Positions 55,200 through 64,000 of a stretch of DNA of 64,000 nucleotides are shown piece after piece (the first letter of the stretch is position 1; the number at the start of each line of letters is the position of its first letter). The stretch covers positions 5,818 to 69,817 of the forward strand of contig JAHCKS010000015.1 of the NCBI GenBank assembly GCA_026125665.1, read 5' to 3'. Position numbers and translations under genes: made by a program. Source of the DNA: Rubrivivax sp. (GTDB lineage Bacteria > Pseudomonadota > Gammaproteobacteria > Burkholderiales > Burkholderiaceae_C). The notes under the pieces are model-generated. The model was given only the letters and a program-made list of their open reading frames with translations, made no database searches and was not told the DNA's origin.

Positions 55200-56623
55200 C
55201 GGCCGGCGCCTCCGGTGGCGGTCTTCACCGCCGACACGAGCCAGCCCGGCACCGGCTCGCCGCCTTCCATGCGCAGCGTCTCGGCGCGCACGTCGCGCAG
55301 CTCGAAGCCGGCGGCCGCCAGGGACTCTTCGACATACGTGCGGCCGTGCGCATAGCGGCCGTTGGCCTGCAGCCGGTAGGGCTGCGCCGCACCTTCGGGC
55401 AGCGCTTCGACCGTGAAGACGAGCGCGCCGCCCGGCCGCAGCGTGGTGGCCGCGCCGGCGCAGGCCTCCTCGAGCGCGCCGAAGTAGCACAACGTGTCGG
55501 CCGACACCACCGCGTCGAAGGCGAGCGGCTGCGTGCGCAGGTAGAACACGAGCTCGGCCTGGTGCAGCACGTCGTAGAGCCCGCGCGAGTGCGCGCGCCG
55601 CAGCATGCCTTCGGAAAGGTCGCAGCCGGCCAGGCGCCGCGCGAACGGCTTCAGCCCCGGGCCGCACAGGCCCGTGCCGCAGCCGGCGTCGACGATGTCG
55701 AGCTCCGCCGACGGCGCGCCGACCAGGTCCTGCAGTGCCCGTATGACGAGCCCCGGCGCGCGGTAGCCGAGCGACTCGAGCTTGGTGTCGAACGACGCGG
55801 CGAAGCTGTCGAAGACCTGCTGCACGTAGTCGTCGCTGGCGCGCGCCGGCACGGCGCCCGTCTCGCCCGCCGTGCCGGCCAGGCAGGCGGCCAGCATGTG
55901 CTCGGCCACCGCGTTGCCCGGATCCTCGGCCAGCCATTCGCGCAGCAGGCGCGACGCGCGCTCGTTCTCGCCCAGGCGCAGCAGCGCGCGCACGACTTCC
56001 TGGCGCGACTGCAGGTCCTCGGGCCACAGTGCCACGGCCTTGCTGTGCGCCTGCAGGCCCTCGGGAATGCGGCCGAGCTGGATCAGCGTGATCGACAGGT
56101 TGTACCAGCCGTCGGCGAAGTCGGGCTCGCGCCGCACGGCCTCGCGCAGCGCCAGCTCGCTGCGGTCCAGCCGGTGCAGCTTGCGGTGCAGCACGCCGAG
56201 GTTGCTCAGCGCGCGCACGGCCTGCGCCGACATGTCCTCGCCGTCGCCTGCGAACTTCACCGCCTGCTCGTAGGCGTCGGCGGCCTCTTCGGCGCGGCCG
56301 GCGAGCAGCAGCACGTTGCCCAGGTTGTTCCAGGCGTTCGAGTTGTCCGGCGTGGCGGCCAGCGACTGGCGGATCAGCGAGACGGCCTCGTCGATTCGGC
56401 CTTGCGTGTGCCGCAGCACACCGAGGTAGTGCGTGGCGTCGGGCTGCGCGGGCCAGCGCTTCAGGATGGCCTGCAGCGCCGGCTCGGCTTCGTCGATGCG
56501 CTCCTCGCGCAGGTGCTCGATGGCCGCCGCCAGTGCCCGGCCGAGCTCCTCGGCAGCTGCCGGCGGCGTGGCGGCCGCGGCGGTGGCTGCAGCGGCAGCC
56601 GTGTTGCGCAGCTTCATGGGCAT
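55196..56623 (-). CDS. TPR-repeat + class I SAM methyltransferase (COG4976-like)
   Basis: TPRs (ATHYLGV, AWNNLGNVL, ALSNLGVL, GWYNLSITL), YVQQVFDSFAASFD..L..LGY, VDAGCGTGLCG. Confidence 0.85.
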   Translation of the reverse strand: MPMKLRNTAAAAATAAAATPPAAAEELGRALAAAIEHLREERIDEAEPALQAILKRWPAQPDATHYLGVLRHTQGRIDEAVSLIRQSLAATPDNSNAWNNLGNVLLLAGRAEEAADAYEQAVKFAGDGEDMSAQAVRALSNLGVLHRKLHRLDRSELALREAVRREPDFADGWYNLSITLIQLGRIPEGLQAHSKAVALWPEDLQSRQEVVRALLRLGENERASRLLREWLAEDPGNAVAEHMLAACLAGTAGETGAVPARASDDYVQQVFDSFAASFDTKLESLGYRAPGLVIRALQDLVGAPSAELDIVDAGCGTGLCGPGLKPFARRLAGCDLSEGMLRRAHSRGLYDVLHQAELVFYLRTQPLAFDAVVSADTLCYFGALEEACAGAATTLRPGGALVFTVEALPEGAAQPYRLQANGRYAHGRTYVEESLAAAGFELRDVRAETLRMEGGEPVPGWLVSAVKTATGGAGR

Positions 56624-56643
56624 CGCCTTCTGCGCTGTCCGCC

Positions 56644-59346
56644 TCAATCGAAGCGGTAGCTGAAGTTGCCGTCGGCGACGCCCACCTGCACGCCGCCCAC
56701 CGCCTTGCCTTCGAGCAGCCGCTCCAGGAACGCGCGGCTGACGTCGGGCAGCATGGTGTTGGTGAGGATCGCGTCGATCATGCGGCCGCCGGACTCGCTC
56801 TCGGTGCAGCGGCTGACGACGAGCTTGACGACGTCGTCGCCCACCTCGAACGGCACCTTCCAGCGCTGCTGCACGCGCTTGCTGATGCGGCCCAGTTGCA
56901 GCTTGACGATGCGCCCGAGCATCTCGTCGGACAGCGGGTAGTACGGGATCGTCACCAGCCGCCCGAGCAGCGCCGGCGGGAACACCTTCAGCAGCGGCTC
57001 GCGCAGCGCCTTGGCCATGCCCTCGGGGTCGGGCATCAGGTCGGGGTCCTTGCACAGGCTCGCGATGAGGTCGGTGCCGGCGTTGGTGGTGAGCAGGATG
57101 AGCGTGTTCTTGAAGTCGATGAAGCGGCCTTCGCCGTCTTCCATGAAGCCCTTGTCGAAGACCTGGAAGAAGATCTCGTGCACGTCGGGGTGCGCCTTCT
57201 CGACCTCGTCGAGCAGCACGACGCTGTAGGGCTTGCGCCGCACGGCCTCGGTGAGCACGCCGCCCTCGCCGTAGCCCACGTAGCCGGGCGGTGCGCCCTT
57301 GAGCGTGGAGACGGTGTGCGCCTCCTGGTACTCGCTCATGTTGATGGTGATGAGGTTCTGCTCGCCGCCGTAGAGGGCCTCGGCGAGCGCCAGCGCCGTC
57401 TCCGTCTTGCCCACGCCCGAGGTGCCGGCGAGCATGAACACGCCCACCGGCTTGCTCGGGTTGTCCAGCCCCGCGCGCGAGGTCTGGATGCGCTTGGCGA
57501 TCATCTCCATCGCGTGGTCCTGGCCGATCACGCGGTCGCCGAGCTGTTTGGCGATGTTGAGGATGGTCTCGATCTCGTTGGCCGCCATGCGGCCCACCGG
57601 GATGCCGGTCCAGTCGGCGACGACGCTGGCCACCGCCTGCTGGTCGACGGTGGGCAGGATGAGCGGGTTCTCGCCCTGCAATGCGGTGAGCTTCGCCTGC
57701 ACCTCGCGCAGCCTGGCGAGCGTGTCGGCGCGCTCGCCTTCGCTCAGCGCGGGCGTTGCGGGTTTCGACTCGGCCTCGAGCTTGCTGCCGGTGCCTTCGA
57801 CGACGTCGACGCCGCCGCGCAGCCTGGCGCGCAGCGCGAGCAGCTCGTCGACGAGCGCCTTCTCGTCGCCCCAGCGCTTCTCCAGGGCCGCCAGCCGCTC
57901 CTGCTCGGCGGCGAGCTGCGTGTTGGCTTCGGCCTCGCGCGCCGCGGTGTCCACGCCGATCGCCTTCTCGCGGCCGATGATCTCGAGCTCGGTGGTCAGC
58001 GCCTCGATGCGCTTGCGCGAGTCGTCCACCTCGGCCGGCGTGGCGTGCAGGCTCACGGCGACGCGTGCGCAGGCCGTGTCGAGCAGGCTCACGCTCTTGT
58101 CGGGCAGCTGGCGCGCCGGGATGTAGCGGTGGCTGAGCTTCACCGCGGCCTCGAGTGCCTCGTCGAGGATCTGCACGCGGTGGTGCTTCTCCATCGTGCT
58201 GGCGACGCCGCGCATCATCAGGATGGCCTTCGGCTCGTCGGGTTCGTCGACCTGCACGCTCTGGAAGCGCCGCGTCAGCGCCGGGTCCTTCTCGATGTGC
58301 TTCTTGTACTCGGCGAAGGTGGTGGCGCCGATCGTACGCAGCTGGCCGCGCGCCAGCGCCGGCTTCAGCAGGTTGGCCGCGTCGCCGGTGCCGGCGGCGC
58401 CGCCCGCACCGACCAGCGTGTGCGTCTCGTCGATGAAGAGGATGATCGGCTTCGGGCTCGCCTGCACCTCGTCGATGACGCTGCGCAGCCGCTGCTCGAA
58501 CTCGCCCTTCATGCTGGCGCCGGCCTGCAGCAGGCCCACGTCGAGCGCGCGCAGCTCGACGTCCTTCAGCGTCGGCGGCACGTCGCCGCGCGCGATGCGC
58601 TGCGCGAAGCCTTCGACCACCGCCGTCTTGCCCACCCCCGCCTCGCCGACGAGGATGGGGTTGTTCTGCCGCCGCCGCATCAGGATGTCGACGACCTGGC
58701 GGATCTCGTCGTCGCGGCCGACGATGGGGTCCATCTTGCCGCCCTTGGCCTGCTCGGTGAGGTCGGTGGTGAAGCGCTTCAGCGCCTCGCCCTTGCCCAT
58801 CGCGGCCGGCGCGATGGCGTCGCTCGCCTCGCCGGGCGCGGCGCCGCTGTCGCTGGCCTTCGCGCCGTGTTCGGGCGAAGCGGCCAGCAGCGTGCCGAAC
58901 TTCGCCGCCAGGTCGTCCACCGGCACGCGCTCGAACTGGCGCGAGATGGCCAGCAGCGCGCCGCGCAGCGACGGCGTCTTCAGCATGCCCACCAGCAGGT
59001 GGCCCGTGCGCACCTGCGGCTCGCCGAACATCAGCGAGCCGTAGACCCAGCCCCGCTCGACCGCGGTGTCGATGAACTGCGAGATGTCGCTGATCGAGCT
59101 GGCGCCGCGCGGCAGGCGGTCGAGCGAGTTCGTCAGGTCGGCGGCCAGCGCCGAGGCGTCGATCTCGTAGTGGCGCACGATGCGGTGCAGGTCGCTGTCG
59201 GGCGCGTTGAGGACCTGCACCAGCCAGTGCTGCAGCTCCACGAACGGGTTGCCGCGCATCTTGCAGAACGTGGTGGCGCCCTCGAGCGCCTTGAAGGCGA
59301 TCGGGTTCAACTTGCCGAACGAGGCGGCGCGCGAGATCTCAGGCAT
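56644..59346 (-). CDS. tssH: T6SS AAA+ ATPase ClpV
   Basis: RRRQNNPILVGEAGVGKT, GTSGVGKTETA, PPGYVGYGEGGVLTEAVRR, located in a T6SS cluster. Confidence 0.96.
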   Translation of the reverse strand: MPEISRAASFGKLNPIAFKALEGATTFCKMRGNPFVELQHWLVQVLNAPDSDLHRIVRHYEIDASALAADLTNSLDRLPRGASSISDISQFIDTAVERGWVYGSLMFGEPQVRTGHLLVGMLKTPSLRGALLAISRQFERVPVDDLAAKFGTLLAASPEHGAKASDSGAAPGEASDAIAPAAMGKGEALKRFTTDLTEQAKGGKMDPIVGRDDEIRQVVDILMRRRQNNPILVGEAGVGKTAVVEGFAQRIARGDVPPTLKDVELRALDVGLLQAGASMKGEFEQRLRSVIDEVQASPKPIILFIDETHTLVGAGGAAGTGDAANLLKPALARGQLRTIGATTFAEYKKHIEKDPALTRRFQSVQVDEPDEPKAILMMRGVASTMEKHHRVQILDEALEAAVKLSHRYIPARQLPDKSVSLLDTACARVAVSLHATPAEVDDSRKRIEALTTELEIIGREKAIGVDTAAREAEANTQLAAEQERLAALEKRWGDEKALVDELLALRARLRGGVDVVEGTGSKLEAESKPATPALSEGERADTLARLREVQAKLTALQGENPLILPTVDQQAVASVVADWTGIPVGRMAANEIETILNIAKQLGDRVIGQDHAMEMIAKRIQTSRAGLDNPSKPVGVFMLAGTSGVGKTETALALAEALYGGEQNLITINMSEYQEAHTVSTLKGAPPGYVGYGEGGVLTEAVRRKPYSVVLLDEVEKAHPDVHEIFFQVFDKGFMEDGEGRFIDFKNTLILLTTNAGTDLIASLCKDPDLMPDPEGMAKALREPLLKVFPPALLGRLVTIPYYPLSDEMLGRIVKLQLGRISKRVQQRWKVPFEVGDDVVKLVVSRCTESESGGRMIDAILTNTMLPDVSRAFLERLLEGKAVGGVQVGVADGNFSYRFD

Positions 59347-60538
59347 CGTGGGGCACTCCGGCACGTGTGGACGCACGGGCCGTGGCAAGCACGGCAGCGC
59401 AGTGCGCGAGGAACGAGGTGTGGGGGCGCAGGCGCAGCGCGCCGGGCGCGCCGCGCTCGCCGGCTGGGGCGGAAGGCGATGTGGTCGACAGGGCAGCCAC
59501 GACGCGGCGCCGGGCGTGGCCGATGCGGCTCGTCACGCCGAGCCGCGGCGAGACCCCTGGCGTGCGGCCGAGCGTTGGCTGCGGCTGTTCGCCGGCAGCC
59601 AGCGTGAGCTCCAGCTCCCACTGCATCTCGCGGCCGGCCAGCAGCCGCACCCAGTGCACGAGGCGCGGCCATGCCTCGCCGCCGGGCAGGAAGGCGAGCA
59701 CCTGCGCGTGCGTGAGCGGACCGAGGTGAAGGCGGAAGCGGTACTGGCGGTCCCACACGCGGCTGCCGGCATTGGCGCTGCGGCCTAGCGCGCCCGGAGG
59801 ATGCGCGTGCCGCTCGGGCCGGTTGCGCGCGAAGGCCAGGCGCGTGCGGTCCTCGCGCGCCAGCGGCAACCACTGGCCGATGTGCTCCTCGATGTGCGCA
59901 CGCACGCCGAAGAACTGGCCGATGACCTTGGCCAGCATCTCCGGATGCCGGCTGCGGCCGGCCAGCCAGCCTGCCTGGTAGGCGAGCGCCTGCGGCGGCA
60001 AGGCGCCGGCGCCGGCCGGCGCGCCGCTGACGGCCCCGAGCCAGACGCGGAAGCGGTCGTCGGCCGGCCGGTCCAGATGCACCACCGGTTGCGCCTGCGC
60101 CCAGGCACGGTAGAAGAGCGACAGAAGCCGGTGATGGAAGAGGTCGAGGAAGTGCGCGAGCGTGCGGTCGCCGTGGTGCAGGATGCGGTCGCGCACGACC
60201 TCGGTGAAGTGCAGCGGCATCGGCCCCATCGGCCCGAGCAGGCCGAAGAAGCGCACGACGAGGCGTGGCACCGCCTGCCCGGGCCCGCCGCCGCCGGGCC
60301 ACTGCAGCGCCTGCAGCGGCGCGGGCGCGAAGTCCAGCTCGGGCGCCTGGGCCAGCCGCAGTGCCTCGTGTCGCGGGCGCTGCGCCTCGCCGGTGCGCGG
60401 GTGTTGGCGCCGCAGCGTGTCGACCCGGCGCAGCAGCGCGTAGAAGTCGAACGCCGAGGGGTCGGCCTGCACGGCGCGCCACAGCTCGGCCAGTGCCGCG
60501 GCAGCCGCGGCCTCGTCGCGTGCGGTCACGTCGTTCAT
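59339..60538 (-). CDS. tssG: T6SS baseplate TssG
   Basis: FDFYALLRR, FFGLLGPMGPMPLH.TE, FLDLFHHRL..LFYRAW, LG...WDRQ. Confidence 0.92.
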   Translation of the reverse strand: MNDVTARDEAAAAAALAELWRAVQADPSAFDFYALLRRVDTLRRQHPRTGEAQRPRHEALRLAQAPELDFAPAPLQALQWPGGGGPGQAVPRLVVRFFGLLGPMGPMPLHFTEVVRDRILHHGDRTLAHFLDLFHHRLLSLFYRAWAQAQPVVHLDRPADDRFRVWLGAVSGAPAGAGALPPQALAYQAGWLAGRSRHPEMLAKVIGQFFGVRAHIEEHIGQWLPLAREDRTRLAFARNRPERHAHPPGALGRSANAGSRVWDRQYRFRLHLGPLTHAQVLAFLPGGEAWPRLVHWVRLLAGREMQWELELTLAAGEQPQPTLGRTPGVSPRLGVTSRIGHARRRVVAALSTTSPSAPAGERGAPGALRLRPHTSFLAHCAAVLATARASTRAGVPHDA

Positions 60539-60545
60539 GCGACGC

Positions 60546-62456
60546 TCACGCCGTCGCCCGCCCGCCCAGCCGCGGCGGCCAGGTCTTGATGTGCCCGCGC
60601 GTCGTGCCGCGCAGCGTGAACTGCGTGAAGCTGTTGATCGCGGCATGCCGCGCGAAGAAGCGCTCGAGCACGCTGCCCAGCAGGAAGGCGCTGCCGCCCT
60701 GGAACGCGGCGTCGTCCACCTCGAGCTCGAGCGCGATGCCGCTGCCGAAGCTGAGCGGCCCGGCGAAGGGCAGGCGCCGCACGACGGTGCCGACGCGCAG
60801 CGCGCGCAGCCCGTCGGTCTGGCGGATCCACGTGTCGTCGGGCGGCCCGTACAGGCGCAGCGTGGCGCGCAACGCCGCGGCAGCCTCTTCGGGGTCATCG
60901 CCTGGAGCGAGATGGTTCTGCGTCAGCTGGCTCACCAGCTGCCAGCCGGCGTCGCCTTCGATGCGCCGAGTCACCGGGCGCGTCGGGCCGCGCAGGCAAC
61001 GCACCTGCGTGATGGGGCCGGGCGCGTCGAGCTGCCACAGGCCGTCGCCGCCCTGGCCGCCACCGGCGCCACCTTCGCGCGGCAGCAGCACCGGCAGGTC
61101 GCGGTTGCTCACCCACGCCATCACCGAGAGCTGGCGCAGGCTGTCGCGGTAGGGGCCGTGTTCGCCGTCGACGAGCGAGAGATAGACCTCGTCGCCGAGG
61201 TAGCTGGGCACGCGGGCGCCCTGCTGGCGCTGGCGCTCGGAGGGTCGGCGCGGCGTGCGGCGCAGCGAGAAGTAGCCGTCGCCGGCCGGCAGGCTGTGGT
61301 GCGTGGCGCGGTACAGCGGCGCGAACTCGCACGCGCTGTCCACCCCCGATGCGCCATGGCCGACGACCCGTTCGACGTGGTGCACCTCGAAGTCCATCGG
61401 CCGCATGCGGTCGGGCACGACGTGGTACTCGGCACTGCCGGGCCCGAGCACCACGCGGTCCAGCCGCTTCGGGAACAGGTTGATGGCCGGCGTGCAGAAG
61501 AGGGCTACGCTGCTGGCGTCGACGAGCGGCTGCAGGTCGCCCTCGCCGCGGTCGAACAGCAGCACGATCTCCGCCTCGGGACCGCGCAGCGTGGCCAGGC
61601 GCTCGCGCAACTGGCCCACCTCGAAGAACAGCAGCCGCTGTGGCAGCGCCGCCACCTCCTGCAGCAGGCGGTGGCCGCTGAACATGCGGTCGAACTCGGG
61701 CAGCATCGCCTCGTCGGCGCCGAAGCCGACGGCGCGAATGCTCGACGCGTCGCGCCACATGCGTTCGTCGGGGGCGATGCCTCCCGCGGCCGCCGCACCG
61801 GCCGGCGCCACCAGCGTGCCGCTGCCGTTGCCGAGCACCAGCCCGTGCAGCCGCCAGGCCACGTCGTCCTCGGCGGCGATGTGGAAGACGAGGCGCTCGA
61901 GCGGCAGCTGTTCCCAGGAGAGCCCGCCGCCGAGCTGCAACCTGATGCGCAAGCCGCCCTTCGCGGCACGCGCCGCGGGGATGCGCGTGAGCCCGAGGTC
62001 GGGCGCGTGGCTGAAGTAGCGTGCTTCCGTGATGGCCAGGGGCCACAGCGTCACCGCCATCGCCGTGCGGAACTCGCACGGCGTGTCCTGGCCCCGCAGC
62101 AGGCGCGACGTCAGCGCCGCGCCGCGTGCCACCTCGAAGCCGCGCGCGAGGTTCGGGTCGTTCGTGTCGGCGTCCAGCCGCACCACCATCGCCGAAGGCA
62201 CCGGCGCCGTGAAGTTCGGGTACAGCGTCTGCAGGATCTGCTCGATCAGGCGTGGCTGCTCGGCGTCGAGCTTCAGGCGCACGCGCGCGGTGAGGAAGGC
62301 GAAGCCTTCGAGCAGGCGCTCGACGTAGGGGTCCGCGACCTCCATCTCCTCGAGCCCGAGGTGGCGGGCCTTCGGATGCTCACGCGCGAACTCGCGCCCG
62401 AGCTCGCGCAGGTGCGACAGCTCGTCTTCGTACAGGCGAACGAGGCGGGCGTCCAT
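60546..62456 (-). CDS. tssF: T6SS baseplate TssF
   Basis: YEDELSHLRE...EFA..HPK, DPYVERLLEGFAFL.AR, CTPAINLF, LERFFA..A.INSF. Confidence 0.95.
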   Translation of the reverse strand: MDARLVRLYEDELSHLRELGREFAREHPKARHLGLEEMEVADPYVERLLEGFAFLTARVRLKLDAEQPRLIEQILQTLYPNFTAPVPSAMVVRLDADTNDPNLARGFEVARGAALTSRLLRGQDTPCEFRTAMAVTLWPLAITEARYFSHAPDLGLTRIPAARAAKGGLRIRLQLGGGLSWEQLPLERLVFHIAAEDDVAWRLHGLVLGNGSGTLVAPAGAAAAGGIAPDERMWRDASSIRAVGFGADEAMLPEFDRMFSGHRLLQEVAALPQRLLFFEVGQLRERLATLRGPEAEIVLLFDRGEGDLQPLVDASSVALFCTPAINLFPKRLDRVVLGPGSAEYHVVPDRMRPMDFEVHHVERVVGHGASGVDSACEFAPLYRATHHSLPAGDGYFSLRRTPRRPSERQRQQGARVPSYLGDEVYLSLVDGEHGPYRDSLRQLSVMAWVSNRDLPVLLPREGGAGGGQGGDGLWQLDAPGPITQVRCLRGPTRPVTRRIEGDAGWQLVSQLTQNHLAPGDDPEEAAAALRATLRLYGPPDDTWIRQTDGLRALRVGTVVRRLPFAGPLSFGSGIALELEVDDAAFQGGSAFLLGSVLERFFARHAAINSFTQFTLRGTTRGHIKTWPPRLGGRATA

Positions 62457-62484
62457 GTTCGAGGCAGGTCGCTTTCGTGGCCCG

Positions 62485-63012
62485 TCAGCGCGGGCGTGCG
62501 GGCGTGAGCGTGCCGGCGGCCTCGCGCACCTCGACCTGGCCGGCCTCGAGGTCCATCTGCGTGCGCAGCAGCATCTCCAGCGGCACGGGCTGCGCCCAGA
62601 GCTGCCCGCGGATCTCGAACTCGATCATGTTGTGCGTGTCGAGCACGCTGCCCGCCTCGATGGCGCGCACGGAGAGCGTATCGGGCAGGATGCGCGGCTC
62701 GAAGCGCTTGATGGCCTCGGCGATGGTGCGCTCCAGCTTCGAGATGTCCAGCCGCGAGAGCTGGCGGCCGGCCAGCGGCGGCAGGCCGAAGTTGAGCACC
62801 GTGTTGGCGATGGCCGGGTGCGTGTCGTTCCACTCCGCGTGCGGCTGCGTCGCGTTGAACAGCCAGGACAGGTCGCGCAGCACGGCCTGGCGCAGCTCGG
62901 ACTTGGAGATGACGCGCGCGGCGTCGCCCTCGTCGCGCGTCAGGCGGTCGAGCAGCGCCGGCTGCAGCCGGTCGCGCGGCTCGATCTCGGTGACTTCGCG
63001 CGCCTTGTTCAT
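62485..63012 (-). CDS. tssE: T6SS baseplate TssE (gp25-like)
   Basis: QPALLDRL, VLRDL.WLFN, VLNFGLP, I..FEPRI. Confidence 0.9.
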   Translation of the reverse strand: MNKAREVTEIEPRDRLQPALLDRLTRDEGDAARVISKSELRQAVLRDLSWLFNATQPHAEWNDTHPAIANTVLNFGLPPLAGRQLSRLDISKLERTIAEAIKRFEPRILPDTLSVRAIEAGSVLDTHNMIEFEIRGQLWAQPVPLEMLLRTQMDLEAGQVEVREAAGTLTPARPR

Positions 63013-63051
63013 CGCGCCGGCTTCACGAGGGGGGCCGCGCGCCGGTGCGCG

Positions 63052-63891
63052 TCAGCCCTGCGCCGCGGGCGCGGGCAGCACGATGCGACGCACCTCGAGC
63101 AGGCCGCGCTCGGCGGCGTCGGTGGCAAGCACGCGCTGGCCGACGCCACGGTACTGCGGGCCTTCGGAGCCGGGGGCCGTGCCGATCTCCAGCCACTCGG
63201 TCTGGCGCGACATCGCGAGCGCCCCGCCGTCGGCCAGCGGCGTGCCTGCGTAGCGCACCGGCAGCAGCGCCACCGTCTCGCCGCCGTTGGCGAAGGTGAG
63301 ATGGGCCGGCGCCCAGACGAGGTCGCGCAGGTCGGCCACCGGTTCGATGGCCAGTTCGGCCACGTGCACCATCGGCAGCCAGCCGTAGCGGCCGTTGACG
63401 ATGACCTCCAACACCGGCCCGAGGCGCGAGTCGGCGTCGGCCAGCCACTCGAAGGCCGCTGCGCCGTCCTTGTCCTCGAGCGTGCCGGGACGTGCCTCGG
63501 CCTGCTCCATGGCCGCGGCGCGTTGCGCGGCCGCGGCGGCGGGCTGGCCTTCGGCGTCGAGCTTGAGCGCCTGGGCGAGCAGCGCCACCCACTCGGTGGG
63601 CGGGCCGAAGACATGCGGCAGCGTGCGGCCGGCGAAGACGGCCTCGCGCACGGCCTCGCACTGCAGCGCCGGGCCGTAGGTGTTGACCATCGCCAGCGTG
63701 CTGGCGTCGAGCTCGCCGCAGACCTTCAGCTGGTCGGCCGCGCGCTGCCACTGGCCGAGCACGGCCAGCAGCTGGAACAGGAACGTGCGCAGGCGCACGT
63801 CGGCGGCGTTGCCGCGCACCTTCTGCTGCAATGCCTTCAGCGCACCTTGCGGGTCGCCGGCGGCGAGCAGGTCCTCGGGCGTTTGGCTCAT
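63052..63891 (-). CDS. tagJ: T6SS accessory TagJ/ImpE (SciE)
   Basis: LFQLL...GQW.RA..QL, CE..REAVFAG, WLADADSRLGPVLE, DLVW.P, P.RY.G, GQR. Confidence 0.88.
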   Translation of the reverse strand: MSQTPEDLLAAGDPQGALKALQQKVRGNAADVRLRTFLFQLLAVLGQWQRAADQLKVCGELDASTLAMVNTYGPALQCEAVREAVFAGRTLPHVFGPPTEWVALLAQALKLDAEGQPAAAAAQRAAAMEQAEARPGTLEDKDGAAAFEWLADADSRLGPVLEVIVNGRYGWLPMVHVAELAIEPVADLRDLVWAPAHLTFANGGETVALLPVRYAGTPLADGGALAMSRQTEWLEIGTAPGSEGPQYRGVGQRVLATDAAERGLLEVRRIVLPAPAAQG

Positions 63892-63954
63892 CGCGCTCGT
63901 CGGGTTGGGGCTGCGGAGGCTGCGGGGCTGCGATGGCGCCGGGGGAGTTGGCGC

Positions 63955-64000
63955 TCAGTTCCGGGCCGGCAGCGAGTCGGTGAAGATGCTGCTGGCGCCG
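63955..64000 (-). CDS. 3' end of an unidentified upstream gene in the T6SS operon (partial)
   Basis: Frame ...GASSIFTDSLPARN* with GC3-rich codons. Too short to identify. Confidence 0.35.
   Translation of the reverse strand, partial: GASSIFTDSLPARN

Noticed and set aside
50061-55355. 1764-aa + strand ORF
   Set aside because: Antisense shadow of vgrG, DUF2169 and the thiolase-like gene. High GC3 suppresses stops on the opposite strand, and it has no recognisable motifs.
54543-56027. 494-aa ORF as a full-length peptidase
   Set aside because: The upstream part overlaps the methyltransferase out of frame and is Arg/Ala/Gly noise. The real start is 55199.
56533-59607. 1024-aa + strand ORF (likewise 20595..23603 and 27984..31139 on the minus strand)
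   Set aside because: Antisense shadows of tssH, ppk1/ZIP and dxs/folE2.
63955-64000. hcp (tssD) 3' end
   Set aside because: The 14 visible residues do not resemble the usual Hcp C-terminus, so it is left unassigned.

Overview
A very GC-rich chromosomal segment. Gene content and order suggest a betaproteobacterium of the Burkholderiales, Rubrivivax/Ideonella/Methylibium-like (inference). It has four blocks. (1) 1-31 kb is housekeeping: hsp20 / cbpA-cbpM, argD-argF, rpsT, murJ, sirB1-like-hda-HAD-pcnB, DUF47-pit, rpsP-rimM-trmD-rplS, Nudix, CobD-like, rsgA, PCD, M48 peptidase, orn, ppk1, ZIP, USP, sulfurtransferase, Rieske oxygenase, xseB-ispA-dxs-folE2. (2) 31-45 kb is a flagellar/chemotaxis cluster: flhDC, a methyltransferase, motAB, cheYZ, flhBAF, a degenerate flhG, fliA and a soluble MCP. 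(3) 45.3-54.4 kb (minus strand) is a VgrG-DUF2169-thiolase-like-PAAR-like T6SS spike cassette. The PAAR is stand-alone and is followed by a candidate transglutaminase-fold (Cys-His-Asp) effector and a Tat-lipoprotein immunity candidate. (4) 54.5-64 kb holds T6SS core genes (tagJ, tssE, tssF, tssG, tssH), with a coupled TPR-methyltransferase / papain-like peptidase pair inserted between tssH and vgrG. The most striking non-coding signal is a ~180-200 bp element present twice (25.3 and 45.1 kb). It has covarying 26-bp inverted arms and a promoter-like head, and its central core is inverted in one copy relative to the other. Also present: a 159-bp MITE with a TGA duplication, sigma32/sigma28/pho-box promoters and many apparently leaderless genes. 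No tRNA, rRNA, CRISPR or transposase was seen. Family assignments come from motif recognition by eye, not from database searches.
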